Shown: piece after piece, positions 57,360 to 64,000 of the stretch | How the letters are laid out: every line of letters starts with the position of its first letter | How positions within the stretch are numbered: position 1 is the stretch's first letter | Virus record (IMG/VR): IMGVR_UViG_3300026488_000012 | Location: 96,001 to 160,000 of that record | Length of the DNA: 64,000 bases | Strand: one strand, 5' to 3' | Source of the DNA: a virus | Notes under the pieces: generated by a model | What the model saw: only the letters and a program-made list of their open reading frames with translations | Database searches by the model: none | Told to the model about the DNA's origin: nothing | Translations under genes and position numbers: made by a program

Positions 57360-57395
57360 AGATACAGATATGGGGATAAAACCCGTATCTGTATT
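57360..57395 (+). terminator. Terminator hairpin
   Basis: agatacagatatggg-gataaaa-cccgtatctgtattt followed by a long T-run. Confidence 0.7.
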
Positions 57396-57457
57396 TCATT
57401 TTTTTTTTTCATTTATATATAGTTAAACTGTAACAAAACAAAAAAAAGGAGTTAAAA

Positions 57458-58453
57458 ATGGAAAAAATATTAAAACTAAGATATACCCATAGAACTATTC
57501 ATAATGAAACAGGGTTGTTTTACAACCCTAAAACTAAAGAGTTCGATATCGTCTGGACCGATCCAGACGGTATATATACGTTAAATGATAAGGTTATTCC
57601 AACAAAAATTAAAAGGTGCTGCGCAAGTGTTAAAGTTAGGGTAGAATTACCCGATGATTGGTTATATGTTGGGAAGGTGAAGAGACTGGATATTAATAGA
57701 GTTGCTTTTTACCATCCGAGTCTCAAAGACGATTTGGGTGGTTATTATACTGACTTTTTATTAATAAATATAAAAAATAACGTCGCATATGCTTTTAGCG
57801 GCGTTATATGTTCTCATACTGGGCTAAGCGGATACGCTGATGAAATAGATTTCACTCAGTACTTACTTACTGGTAGTGTTTATAAATCAGTGATTAAACA
57901 TGAGAAAATTAGAATTGAAAAAGAAGGAGTATGTATAACATTCCCTCGTAAACCAGGAATTAGAAAAGAACTGTTAGCGTGTCTATATTATAGATTCGAC
58001 TCGCTGGTTTACACAGGAAACGACAGAAGGAGACTGGGAGGGTTGTATAGTTTTGTGGATCGTACGACAAATAAGGTCCTTATAATAGATAATGTATTTA
58101 ATCCAAAATATATATTAATTAAATCAGTCCACTCACTCGAAGAATACGAGTGGACTTTCCATTTATACAGAGATCAGGAATTACTCAAGAGGACCGGTCT
58201 CCCGTATAAATGGAAAGGAGATACCCTAATAATATATGATAAAGTGCCTGTAGCTATTAATAATACTACAAGTGTATACGGGGATGAGTATATGCTCTGG
58301 AATAGAACTTGGGTTAACAGTATATCATTAATCGAGTCCATCGATAAAGAACTTATCGATGATTTGGAAGATTACGCCAAAAAGCTCATGAGTTCAGGAA
58401 GTAATGAAACTACAGAAGATATAGAGGAAATTGAAGAAATTACAGAGGACTAG
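57458..58453 (+). CDS. Hypothetical accessory protein
   Basis: 331 aa, early-type A-rich leader, acidic C-terminal tail. Confidence 0.7.
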   Translation: MEKILKLRYTHRTIHNETGLFYNPKTKEFDIVWTDPDGIYTLNDKVIPTKIKRCCASVKVRVELPDDWLYVGKVKRLDINRVAFYHPSLKDDLGGYYTDFLLINIKNNVAYAFSGVICSHTGLSGYADEIDFTQYLLTGSVYKSVIKHEKIRIEKEGVCITFPRKPGIRKELLACLYYRFDSLVYTGNDRRRLGGLYSFVDRTTNKVLIIDNVFNPKYILIKSVHSLEEYEWTFHLYRDQELLKRTGLPYKWKGDTLIIYDKVPVAINNTTSVYGDEYMLWNRTWVNSISLIESIDKELIDDLEDYAKKLMSSGSNETTEDIEEIEEITED

Positions 58454-58472
58454 AGGTTTTAACCTCTAGTCC
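58447..58472. terminator. Terminator between convergent genes
   Basis: ggactagaggtt-tt-aacctctagtcc. Confidence 0.7.
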
Positions 58473-58482
58473 CATCTATCTT

Positions 58483-59475
58483 CTATTTTTTTCTTTCAAA
58501 ATTGTCTCTTATTATGTATCTAAGCGACTTGACGTTACTCTCTAAATTAAATTCATAGTAGTTGATTAGGTTTCTATAAAAATTATCATTACTCATAGGT
58601 TTGAATGCAGATATGAAGTTCTCTATATCGTCCCATATACTCCTTTTCGATATCAAGTTACTGAGAACCTCTGACTCTTCCATTAGTTTCTCCAACTCAG
58701 GTATAAGCTTAAGTTTTTCTTCTGTGTATTTTTTAGTTATTTTAACTATATTTTCAATTGTTTTTATATCAGGTATTACTACTAACTTTTTCCATTCTAA
58801 CATGGTTTTACCAACTATATACAAGTTAGGTATCAATGTTAACTTGCTAAAATAGCTACTGGTTATATGCGGTAACAGTAACTTTAACGTATTCAATTCT
58901 TTTTTCGATAACTCCTTTTTCTTAGTTAATTCTAAAGCATCTTCGCTTAACATTATAATAAATCCAGGCATCTCTAAGAAGTTCGATCTCTTTATAGGAT
59001 GTCCTATAGGTATGATCGTTAGATATTTAACTTCAAATTTATCCTTAAATATTTTCTCCATAATGTATTTTTTAAGCTTTTTCTGATAAATGTTTAATTC
59101 TATCTTGGTATACCTATTCGTAACTTTGATAATGTCTTTAAACGTAGATGATTTATATACCTCGTCTATCTTAAAATTATCATCTTTAATTTCGTTAGTT
59201 AACTTAATTAAATCATTTCCTATATGAGTAATCCTTTTTATAATATCTGGATTTATTATATGTAGGAAAAACTCTTTCCATTCGTCATTGTTTTTAAGTT
59301 TTATATCTATTCCTAGTTCCTTATATGCTAAAAATATAGCGTATATAGGATTTTGAACGCCTATGTTGGTTGTTGGCTTTATCTTCTTACTAGATAGTCT
59401 ATTCAACTCTAATAGTAACTCATCGATATCGTTCGTAACCGTTAACTTAAGATGTCTAACTATGCTACTAAACAT
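58483..59475 (-). CDS. Hypothetical protein
   Basis: 330 aa, SD aaggag on the minus strand. Confidence 0.7.
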   Translation of the reverse strand: MFSSIVRHLKLTVTNDIDELLLELNRLSSKKIKPTTNIGVQNPIYAIFLAYKELGIDIKLKNNDEWKEFFLHIINPDIIKRITHIGNDLIKLTNEIKDDNFKIDEVYKSSTFKDIIKVTNRYTKIELNIYQKKLKKYIMEKIFKDKFEVKYLTIIPIGHPIKRSNFLEMPGFIIMLSEDALELTKKKELSKKELNTLKLLLPHITSSYFSKLTLIPNLYIVGKTMLEWKKLVVIPDIKTIENIVKITKKYTEEKLKLIPELEKLMEESEVLSNLISKRSIWDDIENFISAFKPMSNDNFYRNLINYYEFNLESNVKSLRYIIRDNFERKK

Positions 59476-59688
59476 ATTAACTCCTTTTTTTTTTTACTTG
59501 GCTGACTTAGCTTCAATAGAATCCTTGTATGTAATTAGAACTATTTATAAATAATATGTAATGGACGCTAGCTTAAGAGCTGAAAGAATCATAGGTAGTA
59601 GGAATACTAAGATTCTCTCGGTAGGTAGGATTTGTAAGCAGGTATATAAAAATGATAACTGTAGCGTAAAACAAGTAACAAAAATCTG

Positions 59689-59715
59689 ATACTCGGAGAA
59701 ATACTCTCCGGGTAT
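59689..59715 (-). terminator. Terminator hairpin after the DNA polymerase subunit gene
   Basis: atactcggaga-aatac-tctccgggtat just beyond the stop codon at 59724. Confidence 0.55.
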
Positions 59716-59723
59716 TTTCTTTT

Positions 59724-61376
59724 TTAATAAGCTTCTGCTAATTCCTTTAAGGATGGGAAGTTAAACATATTTCTACAGTATTGAACAGAATTAATAGGTC
59801 CAAACATAAGGTTAATATTCTCTATCTTAAATTCAGATTTATTTTTACCTTCTATAGCTAATAACTCTCTATGAGTAGTGTCTTTAGATACATTAGCTGC
59901 TCTAATATTACTCGGATAACTACTAACTGCGTCTATATCACATATATGTGTTCTTATGTTAGTTCTTATAAAGTTACCTTCTTCTAAAGCATATGCTCCA
60001 TTATCTATTATTCTATACCCAGGTAATGTAACTATCCATTCGTCTAATCCTAATAATTTATCCTCTGTATCTACGTTACTAGGTTTAACTCCTAATACGT
60101 ATCCTTTACTTAATACGAAAAAGTAATATGCGTCTATTATCCTTTTAGGACCACTGTTAAATATGTCGTAATGACTTACTCCTAATAATAAATCTATAAC
60201 GTATTTTAAATCCTCTGTCTTGTCGTCTAATACTAACATAGACATAGTATCCCATATATTGTATATGATGTATTCTAATGGTTTATTCTTAACCATATAG
60301 ATATGCCATTCGGCTCCTTGGTTAACAGAACCTGTATCGAATTTTAATTTTTGAGCTACTCCTTCTTCTTTAAGGATGTTATCCAGACTATATCCTCCTG
60401 GAACAGTAGCTCCTCCTGCTCTAACGTATCTATGAGCAGCCATAGCGTCTATTATATAAAAGTTACTGCTACTCTTAACGGTACTCCATATCTCTTCAGG
60501 GTTTTTCGGTACAACTCTACCAGATGCAGTTACTTTAGTCTTAGTCCCCTCTTTAAAGTTAAAATACTTATACTTACTCGGTATCTTATCATAATGGAAT
60601 ATATCAGCAGGGTCTACCTCATATTTCCTTAACGTATCTAATATTTCAGGTATATCGTAATTTATATTCCAGATAGCTAATAAATCTATATCTAAATTAT
60701 TAGCTTGTTTAAATATCCATTTTAATAACTCTAACTCATTACTAAAGATTTTAAACTCTAAAGGAGTATTTTTTATATCTACGTCTGGTATATATTTATC
60801 ATACATCTGCTTTAGTTTAGTTATAGGCTCTTTTTCTTTCCATATAAGCTTACTTAGTATTCCTACGAATATCCCTTTTTTACTAGCTAAAGAAGCTACT
60901 ATTATTTCATCTGTTAGTATGTTTTTCTCAATGTCGAATGCTGCTACTTCGTTGAATGTAACAGTATCGTATTTAGATAAATATTTATGTTTTATTATAG
61001 TTCTAGCATCTACATCTATACCATATAAATAAGGAGATTCTTTTAATAATCTTAGGTTAGGTTTTCCAGTATATACATATTGATCTCCTAAACGTCTTGC
61101 TATATTTTCTGCTAATCTACTCTGAGTGGATTTAAACTCGTAGGTTCTATCTTTCAACTCTACTTCTTTTTTCTCTTTGTGGTTTCTAAACATCTCTTTA
61201 GTTATCCAGAAAGGTCTTTGGAAGTCTTTAACTATTCTTATATCTCTTGTTACTTTACCGTCAGGGTGTATGAGTTTCTCTCTGATTATATGTGTATCTT
61301 CTCCAACTTCTCTCTCTGAGAAATGTTGTACTAACTTAGCTTCTCTCTTTATGTTTGTTAATTTCGCCTTATCCAT
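59724..61376 (-). CDS. Split family-B DNA polymerase, proofreading exonuclease + motif A subunit (phiKZ gp82-like)
   Basis: Exo I AFDIEK, Exo II WNINYD, Exo III YNIWD, and PolB motif A DIDAVSSYPSNI near the C-terminus; motifs B and C are absent. Confidence 0.8.
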   Translation of the reverse strand: MDKAKLTNIKREAKLVQHFSEREVGEDTHIIREKLIHPDGKVTRDIRIVKDFQRPFWITKEMFRNHKEKKEVELKDRTYEFKSTQSRLAENIARRLGDQYVYTGKPNLRLLKESPYLYGIDVDARTIIKHKYLSKYDTVTFNEVAAFDIEKNILTDEIIVASLASKKGIFVGILSKLIWKEKEPITKLKQMYDKYIPDVDIKNTPLEFKIFSNELELLKWIFKQANNLDIDLLAIWNINYDIPEILDTLRKYEVDPADIFHYDKIPSKYKYFNFKEGTKTKVTASGRVVPKNPEEIWSTVKSSSNFYIIDAMAAHRYVRAGGATVPGGYSLDNILKEEGVAQKLKFDTGSVNQGAEWHIYMVKNKPLEYIIYNIWDTMSMLVLDDKTEDLKYVIDLLLGVSHYDIFNSGPKRIIDAYYFFVLSKGYVLGVKPSNVDTEDKLLGLDEWIVTLPGYRIIDNGAYALEEGNFIRTNIRTHICDIDAVSSYPSNIRAANVSKDTTHRELLAIEGKNKSEFKIENINLMFGPINSVQYCRNMFNFPSLKELAEAY

Positions 61377-61417
61377 ATGTATCCTTTTTATGAAGTATTA
61401 AAATATAAAGGAGTAAG

Positions 61418-61873
61418 ATGCCTGAATTTAAATTAGATAAATCAGAGTATAAATCCAACAACTGTTGGTTATTCAGTACTGTATTTATAATAACCTTAAC
61501 CGTTATGGGTATAAGTCTATTAGAGTATTTAAAAAGAAGTAAGGTAGACCATGATGTTTTAATTTTGTCTATTCTTCTTATAGTTGGTTTCTTATTAATA
61601 CTTCTAAGTTTTATTTATCTTACTAATAAGAAAGATGAATCTAAATTAAATTTGAAAGAGACTGAACTCAATACTAAAAATCTTACTAATCTAAAAATGA
61701 AAAGTCTGGGACTTAGAACTAAACTACTAGACGAACGATTGCATAAAAACGAAATAATGAGTATTAGGAAGAATACAAGAGATAGGAAGATAAAATTTAG
61801 AACAGACTATAAATATAAATATCTTAATCTAAGTTACGATAGAGTAAATAAGATAAGATTAGGAGGAATATAG
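61418..61873 (+). CDS. Membrane protein with two N-terminal TM helices and a basic tail
   Basis: WLFSTVFIITLTVMGISLL and VLILSILLIVGFLLILLSFIYL. Confidence 0.7.
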   Translation: MPEFKLDKSEYKSNNCWLFSTVFIITLTVMGISLLEYLKRSKVDHDVLILSILLIVGFLLILLSFIYLTNKKDESKLNLKETELNTKNLTNLKMKSLGLRTKLLDERLHKNEIMSIRKNTRDRKIKFRTDYKYKYLNLSYDRVNKIRLGGI

Positions 61874-61889
61874 ATAAAAGGAGTAATTT

Positions 61890-62588
61890 ATGGAATTTGA
61901 TAACATGTTTGAAGATGTTACTAAGAAGTATGAGAAGAAAGTAAAGAACAATACTAAATCTAGACCTAAGCAAATTAACCTGTTTAAAGAAACACCTAAT
62001 AAGAAGGAATTGGATTTAGATAAGTTAAAGTATAACAATGATGTAGTAATATTACTATACGATAAAGATGTATCGTTACCAGAGCATATCGTAGATAGAT
62101 TTAAAACAATTCTAAATACTATAAAAGAAAAAGGTCTTAACATAAGAGGTATGTGTAAGAATATAGATATACTGTTAAAACTATTTAAATATAACATAGA
62201 CAAGAAGAAGATGAGATTGATTAAACCTTGGAAAAAGTTCTGTGGCACGGATAAAGACATTAAAGAATGGACTCCTAGTAATACTAACATAGAATTAGCT
62301 GCTAATTATATTAATAACTTCGATAAGTTACCACCGGCTGTGAAATATATAAACTCAGCACTTCTAACATTATTATTCTCTTATACTGGCGAAAACTTAG
62401 CTAAATATATAATAGTATATGACCCTTATTACAAGAATCCTGCTAAAGATAAATTAGATTACAATAAGTCTAAGGATACGTTTAACCTATACAGGTTAAA
62501 TAAAAACATGGATGGATTGTTGAATATCTATAATATAGCGAACGAAGATGATTATAAAAACTTGTTGGAGTTAATGGAAAAAAAGTAA
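61890..62588 (+). CDS. Probable degenerate SLOG/DprA-like protein
   Basis: LIKPWKKF, LAANYINNFDKLPPAVK, YIIVYDP and LLNIYNI follow the pattern of phage DprA-like SLOG proteins, but the Gly-rich motifs are eroded. Confidence 0.4.
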   Translation: MEFDNMFEDVTKKYEKKVKNNTKSRPKQINLFKETPNKKELDLDKLKYNNDVVILLYDKDVSLPEHIVDRFKTILNTIKEKGLNIRGMCKNIDILLKLFKYNIDKKKMRLIKPWKKFCGTDKDIKEWTPSNTNIELAANYINNFDKLPPAVKYINSALLTLLFSYTGENLAKYIIVYDPYYKNPAKDKLDYNKSKDTFNLYRLNKNMDGLLNIYNIANEDDYKNLLELMEKK

Positions 62589-62878
62589 CTAAGTTTCATA
62601 ACTACACTTTTGTTATCAGTGACGATGATTCCCTGAAATTACCATCTATACTTAATGAAGTTGATAACATTTTAGATAATGCTAATACGTATGATGACGT
62701 AGTTATAGGGTTCAAAGAGTTATTAAGTAATAAAAACGCTTATGATATCCTGAGTAGTATGGATGAACTCACGTATGTCATAACCATAGAGTTCAAACCG
62801 TTAACTAATGAACTATTTGAATTTCTAATCAGAGAAACAGGTAATAGTTATCCTATAATAGACTTTACATACAGGTAG
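62585..62878 (+). CDS. Start-less 97-codon ORF in the -1 frame of 61890..62588 (frameshift extension or split by a sequencing error)
   Basis: VTKFHNYTFVISDDDSLKLPSILNEVDNILD...IIDFTYR*; no ATG/GTG/TTG until codon 59; begins at the A_AAA_AAG heptamer and ends in a terminator. Confidence 0.6.
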   Translation, partial: VTKFHNYTFVISDDDSLKLPSILNEVDNILDNANTYDDVVIGFKELLSNKNAYDILSSMDELTYVITIEFKPLTNELFEFLIRETGNSYPIIDFTYR

Positions 62879-62899
62879 GGGGGTTTCTCCTATCTGTAT
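62869..62899 (+). terminator. Terminator hairpin
   Basis: atacaggtagggg-ggttt-ctcctatctgtat overlapping the TAG of the -1 frame ORF. Confidence 0.65.
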
Positions 62900-62975
62900 A
62901 TCATTATTTTTTAATGTTCTCATCGGGATATAAGGCGGGTATCAGTTGAATTATCTAGTAGATAAGGAGTAATCT

Positions 62976-64000
62976 ATGTTTATTTTAAAGATAGATCCTA
63001 TTAAAACTAACGGCGATATAAAGCATGAAAAGACTAGCTGGCAAGTCAGCTTAAGTCCTGATTTCAACGATGATGATGTTGTTTTTCAATCGTTAGAGGA
63101 TACTGAGAACCTTACGCAGATAAGAGTTCCTTTACCACTGACAGAGAACGATTTATATTATACAAGAACTAAGATACATTTCTCTGATGATACTGAGAGC
63201 GATTGGAGTAGACCTAACATAGTAACTAGAAATGCAACAGGCTTTACATTTTCAGATACGGTATTGGTTACTCCTGAACTTAGTATAGACTTTGATAAAA
63301 GAAATGCTCCTTTAGGAGGATTCACAGTAAAGACAACACCTTTTACTCTGTTTATGGGTATAGGTAAGCATAGAAGTACTAACTGGATAATAGAAGATAC
63401 TTCTGGTAACACGATATGGAAAAGGTTAGATGATAAACATAACTTAACAGAGATACGTATACCTTCTAACATATTAGAACCAGGTAAAATGTACACAATT
63501 AAAGCTTGTCACATCTCAGATACTAACGCATATAGTAACTATGGTAAGTTAAGAATTATTACAAATCCTGATTTAGTAAGAGACCCTATCTATCAGTATG
63601 ATAAAAATATCTCTTTACTTAAACTATTTGAAACTAACACTGCGTTATTACAGTTATTAAGAGACTACACTCCTGTAGATGACCTATTGAGTAAGATTAT
63701 TGAACTAAACATAGAATCAGGATTGAAATCTAATGTTATAGACAAGCTAAATAATAAGCTTAGCATACTGAGAGGATTTATAGATAAGTTAGTGTTATTA
63801 GGAGATATAGACGATGTTACTGAGGAAGATATAGAGAGAGCTGAAGAGATTACTAGCGATATATTAGGTATACTAGACGAAATAAAAAGTACAGTATATA
63901 AAGATATCAGCGATAATGAGATTTCAAGTATTAAGAAAGTATTGACGAATATACCTAATCGACTTAGAAGTATCTTGGAGTTAAAAAACACTAATGAGAC
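62976..64000 (+). CDS. Ig/FN3-like repeat virion protein fused to a helical region; 3-prime truncated (not in ORF track)
   Basis: ATG 62976 after SD aaggag, open to the window end: MFILKIDPIK...HEKTSWQV...HRSTNWII...LEPGKMYTIKACHIS; paralogous to 35101..35988. Confidence 0.75.
   Translation, partial: MFILKIDPIKTNGDIKHEKTSWQVSLSPDFNDDDVVFQSLEDTENLTQIRVPLPLTENDLYYTRTKIHFSDDTESDWSRPNIVTRNATGFTFSDTVLVTPELSIDFDKRNAPLGGFTVKTTPFTLFMGIGKHRSTNWIIEDTSGNTIWKRLDDKHNLTEIRIPSNILEPGKMYTIKACHISDTNAYSNYGKLRIITNPDLVRDPIYQYDKNISLLKLFETNTALLQLLRDYTPVDDLLSKIIELNIESGLKSNVIDKLNNKLSILRGFIDKLVLLGDIDDVTEEDIERAEEITSDILGILDEIKSTVYKDISDNEISSIKKVLTNIPNRLRSILELKNTNE

Noticed and set aside
30126-59495. Long T and A homopolymers as phase-variation switches
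   Set aside because: They are intergenic and explained as terminator U-tracts, promoter upstream T-tracts or A-rich leaders; none clearly interrupts a coding region except the A7 at 62578, reported separately.
59490-59690. Hydrophobic minus-strand frame (…FLLPMILSALKLASITYYL*IVLITYKDSIEAKSAK*) and the + strand 63-aa ORF 59363-59554
   Set aside because: The minus frame has no start codon or RBS and an internal TAA, and the + ORF overlaps a real gene antisense. There is too little support to call a gene or pseudogene.
258-63991. Numerous opposite-strand ORFs in the track (for example 258-644, 2736-3056, 5938-6402, 6631-7146, 38153-38488, 40530-40913, 41916-42344, 63158-63496, 63665-63991)
   Set aside because: They lie wholly antisense to longer genes with SD sites and recognisable motifs, are S/L/I/F-rich as expected for shadows of K/E/D-rich genes, and lack RBSs.
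1-64000. Stop-codon reassignment as in some large phages
   Set aside because: Core genes (RNAP subunits, MCP, DnaB, helicase) are full length in the standard code, and TAA, TAG and TGA all terminate genes next to terminators.
1-64000. CRISPR array, tRNA genes, rRNA, transposases, inteins
   Set aside because: I saw no regularly spaced repeat-spacer units, cloverleaf sequences, rRNA-like tracts, transposase motifs or intein-sized insertions with splice motifs. A tRNAscan/Infernal run would be the formal check.

Overview
This is an AT-rich 64-kb segment of a phiKZ-like (Chimalliviridae-type) jumbo phage genome. No database search was run; phiKZ gp numbers are recalled family equivalences. In order, the window holds a head/inner-body protein cluster with a paralogous triplet, tail/baseplate-like genes, an SbcD/Mre11 nuclease, four of the five non-virion RNA polymerase subunits (gp68-, gp71/73-, gp74- and gp123-like), a PicA/gp69-like gene, an SF2 helicase, a fibre/Ig-like module, DnaB, the major capsid protein, the virion RNAP beta-prime C-terminal subunit, the exonuclease half of a split family-B DNA polymerase, and accessory islands (lytic transglycosylase, dNMP kinase, MazG-like protein, a 728-aa protein with a GNAT-like C-terminus). 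The most interesting signals are non-coding or recoding. (1) A ~120-135 nt structured RNA occurs twice as a 5-prime leader (28326-28446, 46661-46794), with compensatory changes in all four helices and a sarcin-ricin-type AGUA/GAA module. (2) An identical 106-bp promoter+RBS+first-10-codon cassette precedes two different nvRNAP subunits, with a 75-bp third copy, and the RBS AGGAGGTAAATATG is shared by five nvRNAP/PicA genes. (3) A candidate ~70-nt antisense sRNA (23645-23717) is complementary to exactly that RBS. (4) A dnaX-type A_AAA_AAG -1 frameshift candidate at 62579 leads into a start-less 97-codon ORF. I saw no tRNA, rRNA, CRISPR array or transposase.
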